This document shows, piece by piece, positions 1 to 12,789 of a stretch of DNA of 64,000 nucleotides. Source of the DNA: Macrostomum lignano (lineage: Eukaryota). Position 1 is the first letter of the stretch. Every line of letters begins with the position of its first letter. A program made the position numbers and the translations under genes. The DNA is taken from contig NIVC01000646.1 in the NCBI GenBank assembly GCA_002269645.1, positions 416,616-480,615 on the forward strand, read 5' to 3'. Under the pieces are notes generated by a model. That model was not told the DNA's origin. It did not search any database and saw only the letters and a program-made list of their open reading frames with translations.

Positions 1-274
1 CAAGATAAATGCTACAGATCAAGAAAAGCGTACCCTACTGTGCCTAGTCTATCTTATTATAGCTCGTACAAAGATTGTGATTTATTTGCAAAATTTTCTC
101 ACATACTGCAGTCTCAGTTCCGAGCTCTTTGCGCGATCGCAAGGTAACCGAGAAAGGATTCCCCACCCTTTCACTCGCCCTGTCGCTCTCTCCCTCACTC
201 TCCTGTATATTCACCTTCGTTTCCTTTCCATCTCATCGCTACCACTCACCTCTACATATCACTCCCTATCACTT

Positions 275-1160
275 CATCGCATCTCACCCTCTTCCTCTCA
301 TCCCACTCGCATCTCACTCCTCTTCCTCTCATCCCACTCGCTCTCACTCCTCTTCCTCTCATCCCACTCGCATCTCAACCCTCTTCCTCTCATCCCACTC
401 GCATCTCAACCCTCTTCCTCTCATCCCACTCGCATCTCAACCCTCTTCCTCTCATCCCACTCGCATCTCAACCCCTTCCTCTCATCCCACTCGCATCTCA
501 ACCCTCTTCCTCTCATCCCACTCGCATCTCACCCCTCTTCCTCTCCTCCCACTCGCATCTCAACCCTCTTTCTCTCATCCCACTCGCATCTCAACCCTCA
601 TCCTCTCATCCCACTCGCATCTCAACCCTCTTCCTCTCCTCCCACTCGCATCTCAACCCTCTTCCTCTCATCCCACTCGCATCTCACCCTTCTTCCTCTC
701 ATCCTACTCGCATCTCAACCCTCTTCCTCTCATCCCACTCGCATCTCAACCCTTTCCTCTCATCCCACTCGCATCTCAACCCTCTTCCTCTCATCCCACT
801 CGCATCTCAACCCTCATCCTCTCATCCCACTCGCATCTCACCCCTCTTCCTCTCCTCCACTCGCATCTCAACCCTCTTCCTCTCATCCCACTCGCATCTC
901 ACCCTTCTTCCTCTCATCCTACTCGCATCTCAACCCTCTTCCTCTCATCCCACTCGCATCTCAACCCTCTTCCTCTCATCCCACTCGCATCTCAACCCTC
1001 TTCCTCTCATCCCACTCGCATCTCAACCCTCTTCCTCTCATCTCACTCGCATCTCAACCCTCTTCCTCTCATCCCACTCGCATCTCACCCTTCTTCCTCT
1101 CATCCCACTCGCATCTCACCCTTCTTCCTCTCATCCCACTCGCATCTCACCCCTCCCGCT
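275..1160. repeat. 31-bp pyrimidine-rich minisatellite (RIMBP intron)
   Basis: Unit TCCCACTCGCATCTCAACCCTCTTCCTCTCA. Confidence 0.95.
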
Positions 1161-1271
1161 CAACACTCTCCCTCTCACCCCTCTCCCTCTCACTCCTTTC
1201 CCTCTCATCCCGTCAGATTCATTTCAGAGTTTCTTCCTGCCTCAAAGGAGCAACAACGCTCGGGCACTCAC

Positions 1272-4200
1272 TATTCGGCACGGCATGTCTTGAAGAAGAA
1301 GCTCTGCTGCCGCCGGCACTGGCAGATGCAGCAACGCCAAGCCCGCTCGCAGCAGAGTTCCCATCGTTAATCTCCAAGTCTGCTCCTAGAAGAGCATCCG
1401 ATACGCTGCCGCCTTCGGAGACTCGGTCGGCAGTGGATGCCAGGTGTCTCAGCTGTTCGTATTTCTGCTTTTTCTTGGACGCCTCAAGCTCCAGCATCAG
1501 CTCCTCGTGGCGCAGCGACTGCAGCTCAGATTTTTTCTCCAGTTCGCGAAGTCGAGCCTTGAGCGTTAATGGTCAATATTCGTATCTTTTCGATCGATAT
1601 TCATATCTGATTGATTGATACCCATATCTTATCGATCGATATTCATATCTGATTGATTGATACCCATATCTTATCGATCGATATTCATATCTGATTGATT
1701 GATACCCATATCTTATCGATCGATATTTATATCTGATTGATTGATACCCATATCTTATCGATCGATATTTATATCTGATTGATCGATATTCATATCTTAT
1801 CGATCGATATTTATATATTATTGATCGATACCCATATCTTATCGATCGATATTGGTATATTATTTATCGATATCCATTCGATATTTACGTATAACTGATT
1901 GATCAATATTTTCATGGCTGATTGATCGAAGTTCTAAATTTGTCAAAAGAATTCATGATCAAAACTTGTATTTTCTATATAATTTTCTATTGCAGTTTTA
2001 CAATATAATCACTATAATTAATTATTTATAGTTTAAAACAGTTTTAAAACGCGCTCAAACTACTGATCGCTTCTATTAGTAGTATAAAACGATTTCGATT
2101 CCACAAGCAAACCAATTCTATTCGATGCACTCAGGAGATAAATACCGCTCGAAAAGTGTAAAATCCAAAAGCCTAATAAACATTTTATTTACAAATTTAA
2201 CTGAATTCAATCCCCAATATCTCAGATTATCGCTGGCGCATAAACCAACCCCAGCTCCCTAACCCCATGCCATGGATGAAGGGAGAGAGAGGCTGGGTGA
2301 TCAACGGGGAGCAAGAAGATATCAGTCGACCCGCATCCGCCGTCCCAATGCAAAAAAGCGGCACTGGGATAAAAAAACTCCCCATTTCCCAATTTCGATT
2401 TCCCATTCTCAACGATGAATGCATGCTGAAGCAAATCTGAGCCCTTGTCAGGGACCTCGCAGTGGATTGGGCGGGAGCGAAGAATCGGATAGAAAAAACC
2501 GTCGCTTCGCTCAAGGACCTCTGTATAGTTGAAACCTGGACTGGAAACAAGCTTATGCCATTTTCTGGCTAATATATTCAGTGCAGCACCTTTCAAGGAC
2601 AAATGAGGATTATGGCATATATAAGAGTCCATAAGTAGTCCTTGAAAGCCACCGCCAGGTTTCCAGTCCAGATTCTATTATAAAAAAGTTTTTTTATATT
2701 TCTACTCACCCGCAATGCGTCCACCGTCTCCTCACCGCCTGCGCCACCTGCCGAGCTCTGAAATATAAAATATTACAACAGGGGTTGTATGCTGCTACTA
2801 TCAAGGGAAATAGTAAACGGCTACTATTTTTAAAAACTCGATGACTTCGGACTGCTCACAGCCCACATCACTGGAAGCTTTATCCGGCCTTCTGGGGTCC
2901 TTTGAAACTTCACAATGGCAATCCGGCCCGCTCAGGCTTTGTGTCTCTGCTCAGCTCTCTTCTTTCTTCTTTCCCCTTTTCTCTCCACTCCTCCCTCTTC
3001 TCTCCACTCCCCCCTTTTCTCTCCACTCCCCCCTCTCCCCTCTTCTCTCCACTCTCCTCTCCTTTCTCCTCTCTTCTCTCCACCCTCTCCTCCTCTCTCC
3101 ACCCTCTCCTCCTCTCTCCACCCTCTCCTCTTCTCTCCACCCTCTCCTCCTCTCTCCACCCTCTCCTCCTCTCTCCACCCTCTCCTCCTCTCTCCACCCT
3201 CTCCTCTTCTCTCCACCCTCTCCTCCTCTCTCCACCCTCTCCTCTTCTCTCCACCTCTCCTCTTCTCTCCACCTCTCCTCTTCTCTCCACCCTCTCCTCT
3301 TCTCTCCACCCTCTCCTCCTCTCTCCACCCTCTCCTCCTCTCTCCACCCTCTCCTCCTCTCTCCACCCTCTCCTCCTCTCTCCACCCTCTCCTCCTCTCT
3401 CCACCCTCTCCTCCTCTCTCCACCCTCTCCTCCTCTCTCAACCCTCTCCTCTTCTCTCCACCCTCTCCTCCTCTCTCCACCCTCTCCTCCTCTCTCCACC
3501 CTCTCCTCCTCTCTCCACCCTCTCCTCCTCTCTCAACCCTCTCCTCTTCTCTCCACCCTCTCCTCCTCTCTCCACCCTCTCCTCTTCTCTCCACCCTCTC
3601 CTCCTCTCTCAACCCTCTCCTCTTCTCTCCACCCTCTCCTCTTCTCTCCACCCTCTCCTTTTCTCTCCACCCTCTCCTCTTCTCTCCACCCTCTCCTCCT
3701 CTCTCCACCCTCTCCTCTTCTCTCCACCCTCCCCTCCTCTCTACTTTATTCCCCCTTCTTTTCTTCCTCCCCTCTTCTCTCTTCTCTGCCCTCTATCCTC
3801 TTATCTTCGTTCTCACATCTCCCTCATCTCAACTCACATCTCATCTAACCTATCTCAGCTTTCAACTATCCTCTTTCCTCTCTTTTCTCTCCTCTATTCT
3901 ATGTTCTCTCCTCTCTCATCTGGCCGCAGGGCCATGAGCTGGATTCTTCATCTAGCCCTTGAGGTGAAAACTTTGCCCCTCTCTCCCTGCATTAGAGCTT
4001 ATAGAAAAGTACAAACAGCTAGTAGACTCCGTACAGCAGGGTTTTGTATATGATAAAAGTACAACCCATTAAACTGTTAAAAAAGCGCTGGTTGAAAACG
4101 AACGGCCTGCATCGCATCATTCGCCTCCATTCCGTTCTTACGAGTATCTCTCTGCCGCTCTGCGGCTATCTTGGCTACCGGAGTTTTATCGCCTCGAGTC

Positions 4201-7200
4201 CCTGTGCTGCCAGTTCAATCAATAACTGCTTAGGCTCGCCCAGCCGGTTATAACATATAGCTGGCTGCCCCAGCGTTCTGAGTAAGAAACTCAACTCTCG
4301 CTCTCCCGTGGATCATCCATCTCGAGTTCTGAGCACTAGAGAGCAAACTAAACTGCCTTTGGCCCCGCTGGAGAGAGTTCCCCTGGCCCGACTGCGCACT
4401 GTAGCTAAACTGGGACAGGACAGGCAGAGACTTAGCAAAGAAATGGAGCAGCTGCTTTCCTTAGTGCTCACGTCGAGTTTCAAAATTTGGGCTTGCAACA
4501 CGCAGCGAGAAACTTAGTACTCGTACACGAGAAAAAATAAGACTTGTTTGCCAGTTCAAATTTTGCTTTTGGCAAGTAATGATTAGATGGAGAAGATTGA
4601 ATGGAAAAGCCAGATGGAAGCTAGTGCGTGTTGTCCAGGCTTGAAAATGTCTCTGAGGAGGGAAGCGAACTCGGAGTTACCGCCCCAATTCGAGAGAGTG
4701 AATTTTAAATTAGCAACCCGGCTGCAGAGTAAATTAGGTCGCGAAGAGGAAGACACGGGGCAAAGTTCGCCTTCCATCCAAGGATTAGTACAACTAGTAA
4801 CCATCTTTGCACTGTATTTGAGAAAAATACAGTTTGAAACTATTCACCGTTTTTGTGAAAAGGCTTCCACTTGACTTCTCTTCGATTAGTCGGCGCAGTC
4901 TGGCCTGTTCGCCGTCCAGTTCGCGCTTCTTCTCCAGGGATTCCCGCATATGCTAAAAATAGATTGATTTCAAGGTCGCGATGCTAAAAATAGATTAATT
5001 TCAAGGTCGCGATGCTAAAAATAGGTTGACTTCAAGGTCGCGATGCTAAAAATAGATTAATTTCAAGGTCGCGATGCTAAAAATAGGTTGACTTCAAGGT
5101 CGCGATGCTAAAAATAGATTAATTTCAAGGTCGCGATGCTAAAAATAGGTTGAATTCAAGGTCGCGATGCTAAAAATAGATTAATTTCAAGGTCGCGATG
5201 CTAAAAATAGATTACCGTATATTCAAGGTCGCCTTGTTAAAAATAGATGATATGTCCTGACAGATGCTAAAAATAAGTTCTGTTATCAATAATTTCAATA
5301 ATTACAAATATTTCCTGTTATGCAATATATATTCGCTAACAATGTACTATTGACGAAATATTTGCAACCTCTGTACCTTCATAATGAGCTCATTGGATGC
5401 CATTTGACACCGCATCAGTTCCATATCTCTGCGACTTTGTTGCAGGTCTCGATCGGTGGAAATTAGAGCATCCTCAAGCCGCTTGGTGGATTGAATTACC
5501 TGAGGTTGGGAGTTTGTGGGGTAGCTACTTCATTAATGCGACCTACTTTCATCCAGGCACAATAGCAATTAGTTTTGTCCATTACCCACCAGTTGCTCCC
5601 CAATGTACATTCAACCGATGTACAAATTGCATCACGTGACTGCTTTCCCACCGTTATTATCCTTATCTTTGCATTGGGCGCGAAATAAGCCATTATTAAA
5701 CTCAGCCACATACTACACAATCTGCCACTGCTCACCTCATCGGAATGCTGCAGCTGAGTCTGCAGATCTGAATACTTGATTGACAGGGCCGTGTTGTCCT
5801 CGTGTAGGGCGTTCAGCTGCTTTTCCTGCGGTTGTTTAGAACTCAACTCATTATCATCAATTAACTATATGAGTATCACGGGCGAGATTAAAATGAAACT
5901 GCGATTAAAATCTATACATTTAATTACTGCAGCAGGTCCATTCATTTTTCACTGACTGAAGGCCCACAAATTTCAGTTAAACCATCATCGCTTTCTCACC
6001 AGCAGAGCGTTCTTGGTTGTGCATTCGTTGAGATGTACTCTTAGCTGCTCAAGTTCGTTGGACTTGGCCGCAACTGCGCTTTCCTAGAAAAAAGATGGAG
6101 CGTGAAATTGGGTGGGTCACTTCTCCTCTGATATTCCCATCCATCTAATTCATCCCATCATTTCTCCTCTGATATCCCCACCCATCTAATTCACCCCTCA
6201 TTTCCCCTCTGATATCCCCACCCATCTAATTCATCCCCTCATTTCCCCTCTGATATCCCCACCCATCTAATTCATCCCCTCATTTCCCCTCTGATGTTCC
6301 CACCCATCTCATTCATCCCCTCATTTCCCCTCTGATATCCCCACCCATCTAATTCATCCCCTCATTTCCCCTCTGATATCCCCGCCCATCTCGTTTACCC
6401 CCTCACTTCTTGAGCTATTCCCAAAGTTTTTGCTCCCCACCCGTCCTCACCAGCTGAGGCACTCGGACACCTGGCGCCGCAGCGAAGCCAGCTCAGCTGC
6501 CTGCTCTCGACGGATCTGCTCAAGCCGTTTTGCCTCGGCGGCAAGCAGGATAAGTCGCTCCCGATGAGCTGGCTCGATCGGTGATGCGGCAGCGGCGGCG
6601 GCTCCTGCCTGTTTCTGCAGCTGCTGCTCCTAGAAGGATGAACGACAGATTCTAAGAAAGTTGCAGTCAAAAAAGTTTTTCTTTCAGCTATTCGAGGAAC
6701 AACTAAGGCGGGGAACAGAGAAGACAGGGGAGCGGGGGGACAGCAGGGGAAATGAAGAAACGGAACGGGGCCGACGAGGACTCCAGAAGAGAAAGTGGAG
6801 AGAGAGAGAAAGAAGACTCGAAAATGAGCCCTGGCCATCGCGTTCTGCCTCTCTCCCCACATCTCAACTGCCAATCTCCAATCAGAGAGCTCGGCAATTC
6901 CCCATCCTTAGCCCTCGCAGATCCCTAAGCTCAAAGGGGAACCCGGGGTGCCGAGTCGAGTGCACTTTCCTATGAAAGAGCGCCGCATTGTAGCACGGGT
7001 TGCTGTTGAGCAAGATTTATGCACTAGTATTCATGCCTATCTAATGTGTGCAAACTGTACTGAATATCTGAAAACAGAGCCATAAATAACCTACAATTAA
7101 AAGCAAACCTCCTTTAATAATCTCCTATTTTATCTCAACTTTAAAACTAACCATTCGAAATTGGTAGATTCCCATTTGATCAGTTGCCACAAAAAATCCC

Positions 7201-10181
7201 CTATCAGTCTAAATCAGATCCCCTCTCACCCGGTTCCAGGCCAGCTGCCTCTCCAGCATCAGTCGATCCCGCTCGGCTGTCCTGAGCATACTCTGCAGCG
7301 TCTCCGAGTCCAAACTCCGAGTTGACTGCGAATTTGAGAACAGGAGCCTTGCTCAGTTGAGCACTGATTTGAGCTGAGCCAAGTGCACTGCAAACAAACT
7401 GCTCAGGTCGCATGGATTTTTGCTGACAAAACATTGAGAGCATTATTATGCGTACTAAATTAGCTAATTCCCTTCCAACTGACTCAGCGAGCTTACACTC
7501 ACCCTGAGCTGAGCCTCCCTGGCATTGTACAGCAGTCTGAGCGACTCCAGCTCGCGCTCCTTGTCTGCCAATTGTTGACGATACTCCGCAGCGGCTGCGC
7601 GACTCTGTAAGTAAAATTAATTAATGCCACATTTATCCTACTTGAAGTAGAAATATCGACAAATTAATTTTCTTTAATTTGAAGCAGCTGCGCGACTCTG
7701 TACATAGTAATTATTTTAGTATATGGATTTTTTGACGCTTTTATCCTACTTACAGTAGAAATATCAGAAAACTAATTCTGTTTTTAAATACGAGCACGAA
7801 CCGATTCTTGCTCGACGATGCTTCGCTCTTGTTGCACTTTGATTTTCTCTTCTAGACGACGAGCGATTGCGGCCAGCTCAGCGTTGCGCTTCTTCAGCCC
7901 GCGAATTCGCTCTTCAGTCTCTGGTGCCTGCTCGCAGCGCTGAGTCTGGGTTTCAGGGGGGGGGGTTGAGTCTGAGTTCACTGGGTTGTGTCTGAGCTCA
8001 CTGGGTTGAGTCTGAGTTCACTGGGTTGTGTCTGAGAGCTGACTGGGTTGTGTCTGAGAGCTGACTGGGTTGTGTCTGAGAGCTGACTGGGTTGAGTCTG
8101 AGTTCACTGGGTTGTGTCTGAGAGCTGACTGGGTTGAGTCTGAGTTCACTGGGTTGTGTCTGAGAGCTGACTGGGTTGTGTCTGAGAGCTGACTGGGTTG
8201 TGTCTGAGAGCTGACTGGGTTGTGTCTGAGAGCTGACTGGGTTGTGTCTGTGTTCACTGGGTTGAGTCTGAGTTCACTGGGTTGTGTCTGAGAGCTGACT
8301 GGGTTGTGTCTGTGTTCACTGGGTTGAGTCTGAGTTCACTGGGTTGAGTCTGAGTTCACTGGGTTGAGTCTGAGTTCACTGGGTTGTGTCTGAGAGCTGA
8401 CTGGGTTGTGTCTGAGAGCTGACTGGGTTGTGTCTGAGAGCTGACTGGGTTGTGTCTGAGAGCTGACTGGGTTGAGTCTGAGTTCACTGGGTTGTGTCTG
8501 AGAGCTGACTGGGTTGAGTCTGAGTTCACTGGGTTGTGTCTGAGAGCTGACTGGGTTGTGTCTGAGAGCTGACTGGGTTGTGTCTGAGAGCTGACTGGGT
8601 TGTGTCTGAGAGCTGACTGGGTTGTGTCTGAGAGCTGACTGGGTTGTGTCTAGAGCTGACTGGGTTGTGTCTGAGCAAACTGTGCTGTGTGGTGTCAAAG
8701 GCGCACAAAAGTGCTCACGCCAAAGTGTCTTACAAGTTGCTGGTTCTCAACTCTCAGCTGTGCCACGGTCTCATCGAGCTGTCGCTGCTGGGCAGCATCG
8801 CTGCTGTGTTGTGGCTGGTCTATGGTTGAGTCGGCATTGAGGGCCTGCGAGTTCCAGTTTTGGGTCCACAATTTTCTAACTATCTAGCTCTTTAAAAATT
8901 CTGAAGTAAATGTACAACAATTAAGACATTAAATTGGTCATTGGCTGCTAAAAACGGAAGCGAATAAATTAAAGCTTGAAAAAGATGGGATAAATTTAGC
9001 AGTTCTACGCGTATAAGATTATTCATTAAATCGTGCCGATTGAAAGTGTTTGCGATGACCCTCCCATACCTTTGACAATCAGACTGATTGCGTAAACTGA
9101 AAATGGGTGGGTGTTCGATTTTTGGGTTGTAATTGTATGTTAATAACTTGCGTCACGCAAATAAAAAAGTGACTTGATATACGTTCCGAGGAAGAGAGGA
9201 GCAGAGAGATGGAAGAGAGGAGCAGAGAGAAGGAAAAGAGGAGCAGAGAGATGGAAGAGAGGAGCAGAGAGATGGAAGAGAGGAGCAGAGAGATGGAAGA
9301 GAGGAGCAGAGAGATGGAAGAGAGGAGCAGAGAGATGGAAGAGAGGAGCAGAGAGATGGAAGAGAGGAGCAGAGAGATGGAAGAGAGGAACAGAGAGATG
9401 GAAGAGAGGAGCAGAGAGATGGAAGAGAGGAGCAGAGAGATGGAAGAGAGGAGCAGAGAGATGGAAGAGAGGAGCAGAGAGATGGAAGAGAGGAGCAGAG
9501 AGATGGAAGAGAGGAGCAGATAGATGGAAGAGAGGAGCAGAGAGATGGAAGAGAGGAGCAGAGAGATGGAAGAGAGGAGCAGAGAGATGGAAGAGAGGAG
9601 CAGAGAGATGGAAGAGAGGAGCAGAGAGATGAAGAGAGGAGCAGAGAGATGGAAGAGAGGAGCAGAGAGATGGAAGAGAGGAGCAGAGAGATGGAAGAGA
9701 GGAGCAGAGAGATGGAAGAGAGGAGCAGAGAGATGGAAGAGAGGAGCAGAGAGATGGAAGAGAGGAGCAGATAGATGGAAGAGAGGAGCAGAGAGATGGA
9801 AGAGAGGAGCAGAGAGATGGAAGAGAGGAGCAGAGAGATGGAAGAGAGGAGCAGAGGGAAGGAAGCAAAAGCAAGTAAGATGATTTCTGGCAGCCTCACC
9901 TGGCTATCGCCGCTATCCAGCCGGTCCTGCAACTCTCGACAGACCTGGCGAAGCGCTGCTAACTCGCGCTGGAGCCTCGCCGCCAACTGCGCGCCCGGCG
10001 CTCCCTGCGCCCTGATGCTGCGCCGCTGCAGCTCCAGCGCCTGCCGGACAGCCTCGTCGCGATCGCGCTTAGCGCGGGCTCGAGCTGCCGCCAATTCCGC
10101 ATCGCGGGCCAGCAGCGCCTCGCGGAGCTGGGCGAGCTCAGCCGATTCAGTCGGCTGTTGTTGCTGTGCTTGCTTCTGCTC
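1272..10181 (-). CDS. RIMBP: RIMS-binding protein (RIMBP2/TSPOAP1/RIMBP3 family), N-terminal coiled-coil exons: 9900-10181, 8734-8844, 7802-7945, 7503-7604, 7230-7325, 6471-6629, 6000-6083, 5736-5825, 4848-4952, 2710-2757, 1272-1557. First exon not resolved; gene continues past the left edge.
   Basis: Motifs RDRDEAVRQALELQR, RIRGLKKRNAELAAIARRLEEK, HMRESLEKKRELDGEQARL and ARLRELEKKSELQSLRHEEL resemble RIMBP coiled-coil segments. GT-AG boundaries with compatible phases. Boundaries at 10181, 8734, 7945 and 4848 are less certain. Confidence 0.78.
1575..1870. repeat. 42-bp GATC/CGATCG-rich minisatellite
   Basis: Period 42 (1591 to 1633). Confidence 0.9.
2955..3915. repeat. 18-bp TC-rich minisatellite and low-complexity tract
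   Basis: Unit CTCTCCACCCTCTCCTC(C/T). Confidence 0.95.
4951..5230. repeat. 31-bp minisatellite containing a splice acceptor
   Basis: Unit ATGCTAAAAATAGATTAATTTCAAGGTCGCG, about 9 copies. Confidence 0.95.
6120..6392. repeat. 41-bp minisatellite
   Basis: Unit ATTTCCCCTCTGATATCCCCACCCATCTAATTCATCCCCTC. Confidence 0.95.
7960..8675. repeat. Mixed 20/22-bp minisatellite
   Basis: Units CTGGGTTGAGTCTGAGTTCA and CTGGGTTGTGTCTGAGAGCTGA. Confidence 0.95.
9190..9857. repeat. 21-bp purine minisatellite
   Basis: Unit GAGAGGAGCAGAGAGATGGAA. Confidence 0.95.
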
Positions 10182-12039
10182 CTGGTCAGTTATAACCAGA
10201 GTTAATTGTAGCAGCGAATACACCGTGTTGATAGCTACATGTAAATGTGAAAAAATATTCTGCCCACATATTTTTTCTGTTTATGTAACTATCTTACTAC
10301 CAGAGTTTTTTCATGCATGGTATTTTTGACGTAATCGTTCAATATTACTACGAGCTAATGATACTACATTTATAGTAATGCCAAATTAATGCAAGTCAAA
10401 TGGTATGATAAAAATACATTAAGTATATTCATTTGAGCTACACATGACAATTAATCGTTTGTCGTTTAAACTGCATAATTACAATTTTTAGTATACGCAT
10501 TTTAAATATTTTCAATTAAGTTTTCAAAATGTCTGGTTGTCTGTTTGTTAGTATAAAAAATATTTATCTAAACTATTAAAAATTAAAAATTAATATAAAT
10601 ATTAATAAATAATAAATTCTATACTGTTGTTTACCAAGCTATGCCAAAACAACCATCTCTTGACAGGAAAAAACGACAACCATTAATAAGTTATAAATTT
10701 AATTATCAGAAAATATTCTCACCATATATATAATATCAAAACAATCTGCTTGCAAAGCAAAGCATTGCTGATATTTCGAAAAAAATCTCTTTATAAGTAA
10801 AAGATTTTCCTTTTGAAGCAAGACTTCTTAGAAACTATAGTCATTATTTTTGTCAGAACTAACAAAACCAAAATGTTTTATGTCACGACTAATAACGAAA
10901 CCGAGTATAAGTTATTGAAAAGATGAAAATAATCTATTCATTAACACAAAGTCAAATGCCAAAACCAAGCTTTTCGACAAATTGTTCATATTAAAACTTG
11001 TGCTTAAGAAATGAATATTTTAGCATTTTTTTCGTGTTTCAGACTTTTTAAACAATTGTTGCAAAATTTTTAGCATAATGAAGCAAAATTTGTTTTAAAC
11101 AGACTGTGTAACGATACAAGCGAACAGTAGCACGTAAAACACTTCGCATCATTAATTTTAATTCTAATTCTAATAGATTCGTATACTGTATATTCAGTAG
11201 AAGCATAACTGAAGGTACTCTGGATTCTTTACAAATGTTTAACAGAAGGTTTTTTATTAGATACGAGTACTATAAACATGTGCTAATGTGCATGTTCATA
11301 ACTGAATTTACAACCGCATTTATTCAAGTTGCACTGCCTCTATTATATCAAATTTCCATTTACTGAACGAATTTGCAATCGCAAACAACACTTAGTCGAA
11401 AGGCGCATTCACGCGATCATGGATCACGCGCTAGGCAAAATTGTCTTGCAGCACTCATGTGGACTGTCTGTTTAAACAGGCGGGTTTCAGATGACAGCTA
11501 GTAATAGATGACTGTGACGGATCGCAGGTCTGTTCGCCCCCTAAACACTGAGCAATTCGAATGGCAATAATAAGAAAAAATGCAGAAATATCTATTATAT
11601 TGAGATTATCATGCGCTCCTTGGTTTCAGTTGGGAAAGAAACAAAATTACATTTGATACTATACCCAAGGCACAGCTCGACCGTATATTTCATTCTGTTT
11701 GCCTTTGGGTTAGAGTTATTTCTGCTTAAATTGCTTTAGATGTGTTCGTGTTGACAACAGCAGCAGCTATAGCATCGATTTGTTATTTCCTTTTTACCAT
11801 GCAAAGATTCCGGATCGGGAACTGACCGGTGAATTAATTAATTGTTTCCGCAATTTTGACTTCATGCGCCTGGATGGAAATTATAATAAAATAACGCTCA
11901 ATCTCAAATTATCACATAATGAAAAGTATATTAGTATATTAAAAGTATCACATAATGACATAAGTATCATAAAAAGTGCGAATAAAGATGCTGACACAAG
12001 GGATAAAGTGGGTGATGACACAAGTGACAAAGGGATTGC

Positions 12040-12360
12040 AGTGACACAATAGACCAGGGGAGTGCAGTGACACAACAGACCAGGGGAGTGCAGTGACACA
12101 ACAGACCAGGGGAGTGCAGTGACACAACAGACCAGGGGAGTGCAGTGACACAACAGACCAGGGGAGTGCAGTGACACAACAGACCAGGGGAGTGCAGTGA
12201 CACAACAGACCAGGGGAGTGCAGTGACACAACAGACCAGGGGAGTGCAGTGACACAACAGACCAGGGGAGTGCAGTGACACAACAGACCAGGGGAGTGCA
12301 GTGACACAACAGACCAGGGGAGTGCAGTGACACAACAGACCAGGGGAGTGCAGTGACACA
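12040..12360. repeat. 26-bp minisatellite
   Basis: Unit CAGTGACACAACAGACCAGGGGAGTG, about 12 copies. Confidence 0.95.
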
Positions 12361-12789
12361 AGGTCTTAGCCCGAAACAATGCCAAGCAGCATAAACGATG
12401 TCTATAGCCGTACATGAGGCCTATATTTACTATATATCAGCAAATTCTGGTCCAACTCCGCAGCCATAGCAAAAGCAGAGACAGAGAAATGAAAAATGGG
12501 CACAAAGTGGCGTGGAAAATGGCTAATTGAACTGGCATGTCTCCGTTGCTGCATGGCGCCTTTCTCATGTTTCCAAGCAGACCCGTCGTCTTGTTCTTGT
12601 CTGTGCTGTAAGCTGCGTTTCTAAAATAGGGGCGCGTGACGCAAACGATAGCTATAGCTATAGAGACTGGGACCGCGATCTGGAAACAGATCTTGGTGGG
12701 CGGGACCGCTCGTGGACAACTAACTGATGGATCCTTGAACTGGAAGCAAAAATGTCAGATAATAAGGGTCAATTTCCTCTTTGAAGGGG

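Noticed and set aside
2222-2632. 136-aa ORF in a RIMBP intron
   Set aside because: No recognisable motif, splice support or codon bias.
77-3937. Long ORFs (513, 413, 383, 340 aa and others)
   Set aside because: Translations of stop-free TC-rich intronic repeats.
4090-4520. Additional RIMBP mini-exons (LQAQILKLD; KIAAERQRDT)
   Set aside because: Weak acceptors or phase conflicts; the 4848-to-2757 junction closes the frame without them.
12414-12467. Candidate RIMBP first exon MAAELDQNLLIYSKYRPH
   Set aside because: Phase fits but the donor (CAT|GTACGG) is weak and there is no homology support.
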